A DNA stretch of 64,000 bases from Veleropilina oligotropha (lineage: Eukaryota): positions 310,001 to 374,000 of the forward strand of contig JBEUKZ010000125.1 of the NCBI GenBank assembly GCA_048128005.1. The letters run 5' to 3'. The position numbers and the translations under genes were made by a program. A model generated the notes under the pieces. It saw only the letters and a list, made by a program, of their open reading frames with translations, did not search any database and was not told the origin of the DNA. Of this stretch, positions 1 through 13,230 are shown piece by piece (the stretch's first letter is position 1; every line of letters starts with the position of its first letter).

Positions 1-443
1 GGATACTTGTTTTCGCTCTTTCTTTTATATTATTTATGTATATTTCAGCGTCCCATATCTGTAATGGATTATAATTTAAACCATGAAGATAATTTCGGGC
101 ATCGGATGGACCTATGCGTTGGATTAATCACCCCAAATGGATGTACTCTCAATCTGGTAATAATGGAGCAATATGCATTTGATTTACAAGGTTTATTGGA
201 TTATCATGATTATTCGCGTTCTTTTCGGAATTTGATATTTGATTATAAGAATTGTGTTTGATCAAATATGATCAAAACACGTTATACGAAATATTCATCT
301 CCGTCGTCATCGTCAACATTATATGTGATATTTACGGTCGTATTTGGAGTATTAAAGGATATATCCAAGTTAAAATTCGTGATTGAAAGAAAGAATGGTA
401 CCGATACCAACAACTCGTGATAAAGAAGAAATATTTCTTCGAA

Positions 444-445
<2 letters not shown>

Positions 446-540
<95 letters not shown>
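446..540. repeat. (AT)n microsatellite
   Basis: Uninterrupted AT dinucleotide run; source of the spurious YIYIYI ORFs. Confidence 0.98.
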
Positions 541-541
<1 letters not shown>

Positions 542-599
542 CGATAATATCGCATTGTAAAATATATTGTATTGTCATATTTATTTTAAACGTCTGCAA

Positions 600-935
600 A
601 CTGTATATTAGTGTCCATTAAACGCTTTGCAAAATGCCTTTTCGTTGTTGTTTTAGCTCATGTAAAAGTCAGTTGTTACCTTGCAGATCATTTGTATATT
701 ATCCGAAATAATTGTCTATTTATAGTTGGCCACTGTCCATTATTACGCTGTCCAATATTAATCGTAATAATGGACACCTCACCGAAATAATGGACACCTC
801 GTTGAAATAATGGCCACCTCGTTGAAATAATGGACAGTTGCCAAGTAATAATGGATAGTTTCTTCATGCCTGCAGGACATTATACCACATAATGGACGCA
901 AAGAACAATAGATGCCGTCACAACTGTGATTTAAC
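600..935. mobile_element. Terminal remnant related to the Crypton-like element at 44022-47052
   Basis: AATGGACGCAAAGAACAATAGATGCCGTCACAACTGTGATTTA (891-933) resembles the reverse complement of the Crypton left end (AATGGACACTTATTCAATATGATGACGTCACAATTGTGTTTTA); tandem GAAATAATGGACACCTC motifs. Confidence 0.5.
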
Positions 936-1045
936 CTATATTAAAATAATCTAATCCCGTCTTATAACATAAAAATCTAATAAAACTTTTTTGCACTCTT
1001 TCTATTTTATTACAATGGGTTTTTGTATGTGGTTCCCAGACGACT
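935..1045 (-). mobile_element. Small LINE ORF2 C-terminal fragment
   Basis: Peptide VVWEPHTKTHCNKIERVQKSFIRFLCYK resembles the post-RT region of CR1/L2/Jockey-type ORF2. Confidence 0.55.
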
Positions 1046-3600
1046 TTACCAACCAAACATGTACTCATACTACGAAATACGTTGGATCCCAATACACCCG
1101 GAACTTCAGTATTCCTTAACTTCATAATACCATCATCCAGGTCTTTCGTAACCAGGAATCCCATCTTGTCGAACTGATGACCACAAACACTTAAATCTAG
1201 TTCCAGATAGCCCACAAAAGGTATATCTTTGCCATTACCTACTGATACCCGTATCAAATCACTGACATCTCTCAGCACACACCTTTCACGAAAATTCTCG
1301 TTGTAGAATCACTCCGTAATGGTAGATACCTGAGCTCCTGTGTCCAACAAACACTTGATGTCTACTCCGTGCAGCTTTGCAATAGCCTCTGAACATGTTC
1401 CAATTGCTTTCTCGAAGAACGAGCCATCAACGGTACCTGCAGTATGGCTCTCTACTGCAGGTATTTCTAGTTTAAATGTGATTCTTCTTTCTCTTCCCTC
1501 GCCTCTTTCGGACAGTCACGCCGTAAGTGTTGTAACGATCCGCAGTTCCAACATCTCTGTCATATTCCACTTTCCAAAGCTGAGATGTTTCTTCACCGAA
1601 GGTTCCTCTACCGGCTTCTTTAGAGCTGACAAGCGTTGATCGCTCTGACCCTGCTGTTGTGTAATAATATCCTCTTGACGCTTAATACATGCATTCAGAT
1701 CTGTGTGATTCTAGAACAGCAGCCGTCTTCATCAGCGCCACAGATGTAGGTTTACCAACCCACTGCAGGACTCGACCTCGGAACTCGAAGAATTTCAGTT
1801 CCGTTTTCTCGAGCAACCGTCGAAGTTCTCGCGCCACGCCTTCATCTTTAACTGAATTTTCAAATCGTCCCTTTAAGGCAGTTTCACGGGATGGTTTAAA
1901 CTAAGGATCCAACTCTGCGATGCGAACATGAAGCCCTACCAACTTCAGAGAAAAGGTCACCAAGTCTTCATTCGTTTGTGAGTAGGAGAAAAAGCGTTGT
2001 TGAGCCGCTTGCAGGTCATCGCCATCGCCGAAAACTCGGAATAATACACAGAAAATCTCTTCTGGAACCCGTTTGATGTCGTCTCCTCTTCCAAGTAACT
2101 CCTGCTTAACACTCCCTCCCAAATTCTCTAAAATCATTGCAGCAAATCCACCAGGACCCAAGTTTCTGCTCTCTGTATGGCTTCTGACATCCGCGACCCA
2201 TTCACGCAAGCTTTAATCGGCATTGGAGTCTGGACAGCTCTTGAATTTGTTGATCTCCTTACTGGGAAGAACCAATACCTGCGATACATTACCAGCATCA
2301 CAGTTCTCTGGTTGCTCCTCTTGTTGCTTTGCGATGTGACGTAGCTTTTCCAATTCAGCGGACAACCGTACAATGTCTTCGTTACTGGCCATGGTATATC
2401 AATGCTCAAAATAATTACAGACTCCGTAATCGATAATCAATAATCAACTACAAATAATGCAGCTCAAAATCATTTATACAGCATTCATGGACAATCAAAT
2501 AGTATTAAGTTAGTGTGAAATCTATAATTCCTTATAACATCGTAACAAGATGTACCGAATAAGCATCAACACATCCGCTGATAGACGTACCATATCACAA
2601 TCGACTTACAGCATCAGAACAGACGTACAGTCTCAGAATTGACGCAGCATACCAGCATCGTCATCGTACCAGGAGCAACATATTCTTAGAATCCGGTGTA
2701 TCATACAGCATCAGAACATAACAGTCTTAGAATCAACGTAGCGTACCAGCATCGGCGAATCGTAACAGCAGCGCCATACAGTCTTAGAATCGACGTTGCG
2801 TATCAACATCGACGTATCGTAACAGCAGCGACATATACAGTCTTAGAATCGGCGCAGCGTATTAACATCGACGTATCATATCGGCATAGACTATCAGCAT
2901 CGCATCGACCTCAACCTCAGAATCGACGTACAGCATCGGCATCGTATCGTCCTCGTTGACATGGCTACTAGGGGTTTCGTTGACACAATCCCATATCGCT
3001 TCCACCATGTAGTGAAGAGTGGGGAACAGGGGGTGGTGATCGACTCTAACCAACAACGGGAGGGAGGAATGATGCTTAATATCCTGTATATTTACAACAT
3101 CGAGGTTCAAGGCAGGACATGTCCGTGTTATCGCGGGAGGAAACCCCGGTCGCCCGGGTAAACCCGCCCTCTTCGGCCAGTCACGGACAACTGTGATTCA
3201 TAACTTGAACAAATTTCAATGCCTCAGCCAAGTATTGAACCCACTACTGTTCGCATTAGCGGAATCAAGCCAGTGAATTTAGAGTGGACACTCTACCCAC
3301 TGCGCTGCCGAAGCGGCCCTCGAACCAACAACTCTTCAAACGTGAGAATGTGTCTTTATTGTATAGGAACATAAACAAACCTAGCAGCTCGCTAATGCTG
3401 GGTGACCATTGGTTTCATGAACGACAGTACAACATCTTCATCCAAAAAGTTCAGCAAAATCTCGATAAAATGATGAGCAGATCTCAACGCGACCAGCGCT
3501 GATAACAGAGATTGGTGTCGGCAGTTTTCGTAAGACCCACATAAGTTCGGGTATACTCGGCAAAGTACAAAAATAGACCTGTCACGTATGCAATATATAA
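1045..3600 (-). mobile_element. Degenerate Ty3/Gypsy LTR retrotransposon 5' part (LTR remnant, PBS, leader repeats, gag, protease); RT and integrase absent
   Basis: Gag-like ORF pieces at 1901-2409; CCHC knuckle RCWNCGSLQHLRRDCPK (~1505-1557); protease motif LLDTGAQVSTITE followed by a stop (~1310-1350); ...ACTACA followed directly by TGGTGGAAGCGATATGGGAT (PBS-like) at 3013-2988; outer LTR edge approximate. Confidence 0.8.
3058..3320 (-). mobile_element. tRNA-derived SINE (family A) inserted in the Gypsy LTR
   Basis: Near-identical to copies at 7530, 18821 and 30926; A/B-box-like head; flanked by TSD AACCAACAAC. Confidence 0.9.
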
Positions 3601-3799
3601 TTAATACGCAACTCTCTTATTTAGTGGAATAATTTGTGTGTAGGCCTGGAGTTCATCCCCGCCCCGGGAATTTTGAATCCTTGTAAGACACAAATTATGC
3701 GAATTTACAGAGAGATATATAAGTGTAATTTTCTTGTGATCATTACCTAGAAGCTTTGAGCATCTATCTTTAACTAAAATAATACAATTAGAATCTGAT

Positions 3800-5116
3800 T
3801 TTTAGCTCGACTATTTTTAAATAGTACGAGCTATTGCAGTCACCCTGTCGTCGGCGTCGGCGTCGGCGTCAAACTTCAGGTTAACATTTTGCATGAAGGG
3901 TCTTTTCTCACAAATTTTTCACACTACACCTTTCAAACTTCATACACTTGTTCAACGTCATTATGCGACCTTACATTACAGGCGTAATAAATCTGGCTTC
4001 GTTATTTTACCAAATTATTCCCCTTTTTCGACTTCGACAAGTCAGGTTAATGTTTTGCATGAAGGGTCTTTTCTCAAATAAGTTTATCACTACACCTTTC
4101 AAACTTCATACACTTGTTCAACGTCATTATGCGACCTTACATTACAGGCGTAATAAATCTGGCTTCGTTATTTTACCAAATTATTCCCCTTTTTCGACTT
4201 AGACAAGTCAGGTTAATGTTTTGCATGAAGGGTCTTTTCTCACAATTTTTTCACACTACACCTTTCAAACTTCATACACTTGTTCAACGTCATTATGCGA
4301 CCTTACATTACAGGCGTAATAAATCTGGCTTCGTTATTTTACCAAATTATTCCCCTTTTTCGACTTCGACAAGTCAGGTTAATGTTTTGCATGAAGGGTC
4401 TTTTCTCAAAATTTTTTCACACTGCACCTTTCAAACTTCATACACTTGTTCAACGTCATTATGCGACCTTACATTACAGGCGTAATAAATCTGGCTTCGT
4501 TATTTTACCAAATTATTCCCCTTTTTCGACTTAGACAAGTCAGGTTAATGTTTTGCATGAAGGGTCTTTTCTCACAATTTTTTCACACTACACCTTTCAA
4601 ACTTCATACACTTGTTCAACGTCATTATGCGACCTTACATTACAGGCGTAATAAATCTGGCTTCGTTATTTTACCAAATTATTCCCCTTTTTCGACTTAG
4701 ACAATTCAGGTTCATGTTTTGCATGAAGGGTCTTTTCTCACAAATTTTTCACACTACACCTTTCAAACTTCATACACTTGTTCAACGTCATTATGCGACC
4801 TTACATTACAGGCGTAATAAATCTGGCTTCGTTATTTTACCAAATTATTCCCCTTTTTCGACTTGGACAATTCAGGTTAATGTTTTGCATGAAGGGCCTT
4901 TTCTCACAAAGTCAACTTCAGGTTAACATTTTGCATGAAGGGCCTTTTCTCACAAAGTGTTCACACTACAGCCTTGAAACTTCATACGCTTGTCACATCA
5001 TTATGCGAACTTGCAATACAAGGGCCATAACTCTAGCTTCATTTTTACCAAATTATTTCCATTCATCGATCCAGCTTTTGATAGTCGAGCATGCTGTCCT
5101 TCTGACAGCTCTTGTT
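3800..5116 (+). mobile_element. Non-autonomous Helentron/HINE-like element with ~6 internal 166-bp tandem units
   Basis: Subterminal IR GCTCGACTAT...ATAGTCGAGC, (GTCGGC)n microsatellite, 3' hairpin GCTGTC-CTTCT-GACAGC, insertion in a T-run; second copy at 24010-25005. Confidence 0.8.
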
Positions 5117-6305
5117 ATAATAATAGTAATAATAATACTCTATTTTGAGAGGGAGAACAGTTAGTTTACAACCAATCTTCCCCGAGTCCCTCTATATATA
5201 GTTATAAACCAAAATAATACAAAACTATAACTAATGACATATATGTACATTATATACAATAAATAAATGTGACTAAAATTTCAATGTGATAAATGTTTTA
5301 GGTCATACAGTAGCAATATATTTATCTTCTGCTTTTAAGGTATGATGCCATTTTCCCCTTAAAATTAGAAGTTGAATAGACATATTTGATAGTTTCAGGC
5401 AATTTGTTCCACAGCTGGGCACCGGTGTACTTGAAAGTTCGTCTAAGAGATTCTGTTTTAGGTTTAGGAAGGTATAATTGTTTGGAGCTAACTGATCTCA
5501 GATTTGTGTTTCGAATTTCCTCAGTATAAGTAAAATTATTTTTTAAATATTTTGGTACATGGCCTTTCATGCATTTGTACATTAGCATACCTTTATTGAG
5601 CTTGAGTCTGTCTGTAAATTTTATCCAGTCTAGTGTTGAAAATAATACATTACTTGCGGTGTCATAATTAGCATCTAAAATTATTCTAGCAGCTTTCTTT
5701 TGTAATTTTTCAATACGGCTAATGTGAGCTGTGGAACAACTGCCCCAAACTGTACAACAAAAGTCCATTACTGTCTGAATATAAGTGTAATACAATTTTC
5801 GTAGCTGAAATGGGAGATACTTTTTAATCCGAGGTAACAAGTAAAGTCTTGATGATATCAAGGAGTACATGACGTGATCTATATGACAATTCCAGTTCAA
5901 TTTTTTATTAATGAAAACCCCTAAAAGTTTTTCTGCTTGTGAGCTTTGTATGTTGTTATTTTTTAAGGTAATATTTATGTCTGATTGATTGGTAAGCCTC
6001 TGTCTAGTGCCTAATAACATTGATTTTGTCTTGGCAATGTTAATAAGCATTCCATTTTTGCAACACCACTCATCAATATTTTCAATGTCTTGGGTTAAAT
6101 TTTCGACAACTTTAGCAGTGCAATTATCGGATGAATGAATTGTGGTATGATAATCAGCATATAGTTCAGAACTGCAAGATTTGATGTTTAGAGGTAAATC
6201 ATTTATGAATACAAGAAATAATATCGGACATAAGATTGATCCTTGTGGGACACCGAAATCTACAGCGGTTCCAGATGATCGAGCATTACCAATGCATATT
6301 GCTTG
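5117..6305 (-). mobile_element. 5'-truncated LINE (CR1/L2 group) ORF2 3' part with (ATT)n-like tail
   Basis: GVPQGSIL..LFLVFINDLP..YAD at ~6140-6260, continuing into ORF 5322-6050 (KTKSML, LGVFI, VWG, IEKLQKKAARII). Confidence 0.88.
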
Positions 6306-7276
6306 TCAGGATTTAATACTGAAATTAAAAAGTATTTAAGAATTGGACATTAATGAAATAATTCAGAAATTTAAAATATAATTGCCAAATTAAAAAAATA
6401 ACTACGAATTAAAGTAAATAATTATTAAATTAAAAGAATAATTTGAAATTAAAATAAGAGAATAGCTTGCATATTAAATAAATAATTATCAAATTAATAA
6501 AAATAATTACGAAGTTAAAAATAATAAAGAAATTTAAAAAATAATTAATAATTTACATAATAAAGAATAATTAACAAATTATAAAACATAATTTATCACT
6601 TATGAGTCACCATATGAACTAAAAAGGTATAACTGAAATTCAATTTCCTCGTTAGCTGTTTTAATTCAAAATAAAATTATTTGAGCCATTCAAATCTTCT
6701 TTGCATTCGATACACTCCCTAGTGCGATTGCTGCACTGGTAAAACTAAGTTGAGCATTTTAACTAGTACCGAAGAACCGGATCCGTGTACCGGAAAGACT
6801 TGGGCGCCACCTGTGCTTTATTGTTGTGTGTACGGTGCTCCATTTGTTATTAATCCATTCAAATGCGCGAATTAGAACTTATCCGGGTGTATTAATTCCT
6901 GCGAACGTAAGGTAATATTTCGTAAAGGTCTTGTGTATTGTAAAGATGTATAAAACGTAAGACTGACTTAGTTTAGACTCTAGTCTACGATAATCGCGAT
7001 GTCGGTTTGACAGACATGGCGATGATGGGCACTGGCTGGGGCAGGGATCGTCAGATCGTTGATGTTCGTTCATATGGTTTGTTCACGATGGACGATTAAC
7101 GCAGGTATCTCCATCTTAAACAGAACAACGAAAATCAACGATCCCTGCCCATGTGTACGATTATCGCCATGTCACTTTGACATAAATAGATATATAGCGA
7201 AGGACACTCCTTTTACAAAGATACGTAAACAGAGTAATTTACATTGTAAAAAAACGAGTTCACGAATCCCATGATC

Positions 7277-7490
7277 AGGGCTACGTTTCGCAAAAATCAA
7301 ACGATCGATCATAGACGTAAATTGGTGTAACTTAATACATCAAATTTACAAAACTGACATCAATTGTATGTAACATTGATATAACATTTGTTGTGCGATG
7401 TTTTATGAAATTGCTGTTTGATGTAAAGTTCATGCATGCCAATTTTATTTCTATGATCGATCATACGTTTTTTACGAAATGGTGCCCAGA
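7277..7490. mobile_element. Short TIR MITE remnant
   Basis: Imperfect inverted ends GGGCTACGTTTCGCAAAAA..CGATCGATCATAGA / TCTATGATCGATC..TTTTTACGAAATGGTGCCC. Confidence 0.55.
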
Positions 7491-7529
7491 ATATTTTTAA
7501 GTCTTTCATGCTGAGCATCTAAGATATAT

Positions 7530-7793
7530 GGCCGCTTCGGCAGCGCAGTGGATAAGAGTGTCCACTCTAAATTCACTGGCTTGATTCCGCTAATGCGAAC
7601 AGTAGTGGGTTCAATATCTGGCTGAGGCGTTGACATTTGTTCAAGTTATGAATCACAGTTGTCCGCGACTGTCCGAAGAGGGCGGGTTTACCCGAGCGAC
7701 TGGGGTTTCCTCCCGCGATAACATGGACATGTCCTGCCTTGAACCTCGATGTTGTAATTATACAGGACATTAAGCATCATTCCTCCCTCCCTC
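7530..7793 (+). mobile_element. tRNA-derived SINE (family A)
   Basis: Full-length copy; TSD GCATCTAAGATAT. Confidence 0.9.
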
Positions 7794-8136
7794 CGCATCT
7801 AAGATATGTATGTTACAACATACATTGTATGCATTGGCGTATGTTCTATGATTTTGGGGTGTACTAGTAAACAGGGTCAATACAATAGGTAAAAATGGAC
7901 AAGGTGACAATAAAGTCTAGTGATATTATTATCCCTACCACCATGTTTGAAGCTGACACCAAGAACAGGCGAACCGGTACACGATCCGTCTCACACAGCT
8001 GAACCACTTCAAAAATAATTGTGTAGATCCAGGCCTTCATATTTGACGCGAGCGACCGCTCTCGCTTCAAACGTATTGACTGCTAGCAAAAAATCTATTG
8101 CGTCAAATTCACAGAGTAAAATAAAAGAGAGTGAAA

Positions 8137-11100
8137 CAGGGTTCGCACAGATTTGAAAAGTACTTGAATTCTGAAGAAAAAATGAAAAGTACTTGATTCT
8201 CGCAAATACGCATGAAAAGTGCTGGAATTTCATTTTGGTACTTAAAAAGTACTTAAAAATCAAGAGTCGTGCTTTAAAAGTACTTGAATTTAAAGGAAAT
8301 CAATAGTATTTACCATTTTTGGCCCGCCTTCTAAAGGCAGGGCTATAGCCGTGTACTGGCGTCCGTCGTCCGTCCGTCGTCCGTCCGTCGTCTGTCGTCC
8401 GTCGCCTGATGCTTTCTGTCACATAGAAGATGAACCGCTGGACCTACAGCTTTCATCTTGGGTATGCACCTTGTATACCATCAGGCCTAGCCCAAGTTCA
8501 AAGATGGGGTCGCTGGGTCTAAGGTCAAGGTCATTTTCGTGTATTTCCGTTCCGGCACTTCGAAGATTGCTTTCTGTCACATAGAAGATGAACCGCTGGA
8601 CCTACAGCTTTCATCTTTGGTATGCACCTTGTATACCATCAGGCCTAGCCCAAGTTCAAAGATGGGGTCGCTGGGTCAAAGGTCAAGGTCATTGTCGTGT
8701 ATTTCCGTTCTGGCACTTCGAAGATTGCTTTCTGTCACATAGAAGATGAACCGCTGGACCTACAGCTTTCATCTTGGGTATGCACCTTGTATACCATCAG
8801 GCCTAGCCCAAGTTCAAAAATGGGGTCGCTGGGTCAAAGGTCAAGGTCATTTTCGTGTATTTCCGTTCGGGCACTTCGAAGATTGCTTTCTGTCACATAG
8901 AAGATGAACCGCTGGACCTACAGCTTTCATCTTGGGTATGCACCTTGTATACCATCAGGCCTAGCCCAAGTTCAAAGATGGGGTCGCTGAGTCAAAGGTC
9001 AAGGTCATTTTCGTGTATTTCCGTTCTGGCACTTCGAAGATTGCTTTCTGTCACATAGAAGATGAACCGCTGGACCTACAGCTTTCATCTTGGGTATGCA
9101 CCTTGTATACCATCAGGCCTAGCCCAAGTTCAAAAATGGGGTCGCTGGGTCAAAGGTCAAGGTCATTTTCGTGTATTTACGTTCTGGCACTTCGAAGATT
9201 GCTTTCTGTTACATAGAAGATGAACAGCTGGACCTACAGCTTTCATCTTGGGTATGCACCTTGTATACCATCAGGCCTAGCCCAAGTTCAAAAATGGGGT
9301 CGCTGAGTCAAAGGTCAAGGTCATTTTCGTGTATTTCCGTTCTGGCACTTCGAAGATTGCTTTCTGTCACATAGAAGATGAACCGCTGGACCTACAGCTT
9401 TCATCTTGGGTATGCACCTTGTATACCATCAGGCCTAGCCCAAGTTCAAAGATGGGGTCGCTGGGTCAAAGGTCAAGGTCATTTTCGTGTATTTACGTTC
9501 TGGCACTTCGAAGATTGCTTTCTGTCACATAGAAGATGAACAGCTGGACCTACAGCTTTCATCTTGGGTATGCACCTTGTATACCATCAGGCCTAGCCCA
9601 AGTTCAAAGATGGGGTCGCTGGGTCAAAGGTCAAGGTCATTTTCGTGTATTTCCGTTCTGGCACTTCGAAGATTGCTTTCTGTCACATAGAAGATGAACC
9701 GCTGGACCTACAGCTTTCATCTTGGGTATGCACCTTGTATACCATCAGGCCTAGCCCAAGTTCAAAGATGGGGTCGCTGGGTCAAAGGTCAAGGTCATTT
9801 TCGTGTATTTCCGTTCTGGCACTTCAAAGATTGCTTTCTGTCACATAGAAGATGAACCGCTGGACCTACAGCTTTCATCTGTGGTATGCACCTTGTATAC
9901 CATCAGGCCTAGCCCAAGTTCAAAGATGGGGTCGCTGGGTCAAAGGTCAAGGTCATTTTCGTGTATTTCCGTTCTGGCACTTCAAAGATTGCTTTCTGTC
10001 ACATAGAAGATGAACCGCTGGACCTACAGCTTTCATCTTTGGTATGCACCTTGTATACCATCAGGCCTAGCCCAAGTTCAAAGATGGGGTCGCTGGGTCA
10101 AAGGTCAAGGTCATTGTCGTGTATTTCCGTTCTGGCACTTCGAAGATTGCTTTCTGTCACATAGAAGATGAACCGCTGGACCTACAGCTTTCATCTTTGG
10201 TATGCACCTTGTATACCATCAGGCCTAGCCCAAGTTCAAAAATGGGGTCGCTGGGTCAAAGGTCAAGGTCATTTTCGTGTATTTCCGTTCTGGCACTTCG
10301 AAGATTGCTTTCTGTCACATAGAAGATGAACCGCTAGACCTACAGCTTTCATCTTGGGTATGCACCTTGTATACCATCAGGCCTAGCCCAAGTTCAAAAA
10401 TGGGGTCGCTGAGTCAAAGGTCAAGGTCATTTTCGTGTATTTCCGTTCTGGCACTTCGAAGATTGCTTTCTGTCACATAGAAGATGAACCGCTGGACCTA
10501 CAGCTTTCATCTTGGGTATGCACCTTGTATACCATCAGGCCTAGCCCAAGTTCAAAGATGGGGTCGCTGGGTCAAAGGTCAAGGTCATTTTCGTGTATTT
10601 ACGTTCTGGCACTTCGAAGATTGCTTTCTGTTACATAGAAGATGAACAGCTGGACCTACAGCTTTCATCTTGGGTATGCACCTTGTATACCATCAGGCCT
10701 AGCCCAAGTTCAAAGATGGGGTCGCTGGGTCAAAGGTCAAGGTCATTTTCGTGTATTTCTGTTCTGGCACTTCGAGGATTGCTTTCTGTCACATAGAAGA
10801 TGAACCGCTGGACCTACAGCTTTCATCTTGGGTATGCACCTTGTATACCATCAGGCCTAGCCCAAGTTCAAAGATGGGGTCGCTGGGTCAAAGGTCAAGG
10901 TCATTTTCGTGTATTTCCGTTCTGGAACTTCGAAGATTGCTTTCTGTCACATAGAAGATGAACCGCTGGACCTACAGCGTTCATCTTGGGTATGCACCTT
11001 GTATACCATCAGGCCTAGCCCAAGTTCAAAGATGGGGTCGCTGGGTCAAAGGTCAAGGTCATTTTCGTGTATTTCCGTTCTGGCACTTCGAAGATTGCTT

Positions 11101-12485
11101 TCTGTCACATAGAAGATGAACCGCTGGACCTACAGCTTTCATCTTGGGTATGCACCTTGTATACCATCAGGCCTTGGTTAAGTTCAAAAATGGAGTCTCA
11201 TGGTCAAAGGTCAAGGTCATTTTCGTGCACTTTGAAGATATAGAGTTATTGATTATTTTCCTCTCTATGGATTTATATATCCAAAAGGCGGGCCTGTATG
11301 AGGATTATACCTCTAGTTTAACTTGTGTCAGAAACGAGGTCCCAGTTTAACAATTTTAATTCTAAAACGATTGCCGACACGTCTGAAATCCATTTTGTTT
11401 TTGACCTCTTACTTCGGGTCCCCGAAGTGTGTATTCGGTAACCATCGGAAATTTATATTGCACGACTTGTTCATTGTCCATTGTACGATGATTTCCGAAA
11501 CGTTTTCATGGATTTCAAACGTGTCAAGAATGAGTCGGCTTCGAATAGCGCCAAGGAAATAAGCGTCATGTCGACGCGTGAAACAGTAAAGCTAACTCGC
11601 CATATGAAGCTAAAACACGATTGATATTAAATATTTCCGTTTACTTTATAACTCGTAGTCTAAGTGAAATAGTAATTATATAAAGCAGAAATGTGTATTG
11701 GCTCACTAGTCAAGTTTATTTAATCAAGGGAGATAATTCTGCACAGCGATTATCATTCAACGGCGCGTTCAGAGTGCTTGGCTATTAAAATTATGAGGTA
11801 TATTTTCTCACGATATCAACGAACACCGAGATTCTCAAAATCAGTAGTAATCCATGTTTATGGTGTCAATTTCGTGTTTAACTCTTGGATCCACTATTCC
11901 AGCATGTATACAGTTACAATATGTATACTTTAGTAGTTTAGATGGCCAACAAATTTTATGGACAAGTCCGATCTAAAAAAAAACAAAAAAACCTCCCGCA
12001 TCAAGTTTTTCTTTAAAAAAAATAAAAAGTCTCCCGCCCTCATCTAATGATTAATTTTATGCAGCCTAAGATTTTGGCCGTATCATCAGTGATATGCACT
12101 ACAAGTATTATGAGTTGTCAGAAATATATGCTATTCAATTCCAACATGCATTTTGAGCAGGTTTGTTTTTGGTGGAGCTATTTAGTAGCATTAGTAAAGC
12201 AGAAAGCTCTTTAAAGAAAACAATATATCATTTGTTACAAACGTTTATTGCATAATTTTTACATATGATCAAATAATAATAATTTTAAAGAAGTGTATTT
12301 TTTATGTAAATTTGTTGCATCTATCCAAACACACAAGAAGAACAGGATCAAATACTGAATATAGCCAACATGTAGTTGATTATGACAACTGAAATTTTTC
12401 TGTGTACTTGAAAATTCAAATTTTGTACTTGAAAAGTACTGGAAAAGTGCTTGAATTTCATCAAGTCTTGTCTGTATGAACCCTG
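8137..12485. mobile_element. TIR element (CAGGGTTC...GAACCCTG) with 5-bp TSD, hosting the 158-bp array element
   Basis: TGAAA on both flanks; subterminal AAAAGTACTTGAA motifs at both ends. Confidence 0.65.
8316..11319 (+). mobile_element. Helentron/HINE-like element carrying a ~18 x 158-bp satellite array
   Basis: Subterminal IR GGCCCGCCTT...AAGGCGGGCC, (CGTC)n microsatellite, CTAGTTT end; exact 158-bp period; short relative at 59064-59520. Confidence 0.85.
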
Positions 12486-12749
12486 TGAAATCACTCACGA
12501 GACCCCTTCTAGTGGAGCTATTTTTCACTCACCATCATTTTCTTAAAACGAAAGACTGTAGATCTATGGTGTTGTAAGGTAGATTGGCTGTCGGTGCAAA
12601 ACAACCACGAATTTATCTGTTCATAACCACAAAAATGTTGCTGTTCATCTTTTGACCTGACCAGCCAGCCCAGCTCTCGTCTCCCAGATGACAATGAAGA
12701 TTTGCACAACAAGGAAGGAAATATGCCAGACAAGCAATATTGTTAGATT

Positions 12750-12965
12750 TGTTTAACGACCACTTTTTTGACAATTTTTCAGCCTTATTGCAGTCGGGAC
12801 ACCCGGTTTAAGGTCTCACTCCGATCTGACCGATATACATTAGGATATGCCATCTATTAGTTTTAAGCCTTAAAATAAGCCACGCCGGCGCGGGCTTGAA
12901 CCCACATGCTACCGTCCCACATAACGTTTTTCCGGCACCCTTACCAGTTGGGCCATCGAGGACAG
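12750..12965 (-). mobile_element. tRNA-derived SINE (family B)
   Basis: Reverse-complement homolog of 29205-29420. Confidence 0.75.
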
Positions 12966-13230
12966 TTGACAAGCAATGTTAGCTAACCTTCTTGATGCAA
13001 GTGCCCTCTAGTGGTAGCTATTGAAGCTGGTACAGTGTTAATCCTATGGGTATGATCAGATGACGTAGAGTATGTATATTTGATTAAAAAGATCAGTTGA
13101 AATTGTCATGAGCAATGAACCCATTGCCAGAATATATGATGTTAAAATTGTTATCATTTTTGTTTCCTGTTGAAATGAAGATGTTAAACAGATCAGGACA
13201 AGTATGTAAAACATATTACGCTCATTCAAT

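Noticed and set aside
282..599. YIYIYI ORFs
   Set aside because: Translation of the (AT)n microsatellite
3893..5164. Repeated 84-aa ORFs (also 23914-24758)
   Set aside because: Translation of the 166-bp non-coding repeat units
6780..6915. Possible non-coding first exon or promoter of ATF2 (AAG|GTAATA donor-like site)
   Set aside because: Only a CpG-richer patch and one donor-like motif; needs transcript evidence
7530..7625. tRNA gene calls for SINE heads
   Set aside because: A/B boxes are present, but there is no complete cloverleaf, and each is followed by a SINE body and flanked by TSDs
8351..11112. Series of 67-aa ORFs resembling a multigene peptide array
   Set aside because: Produced by the 158-bp period; overlapping, non-ATG starts, no splice or coding signal
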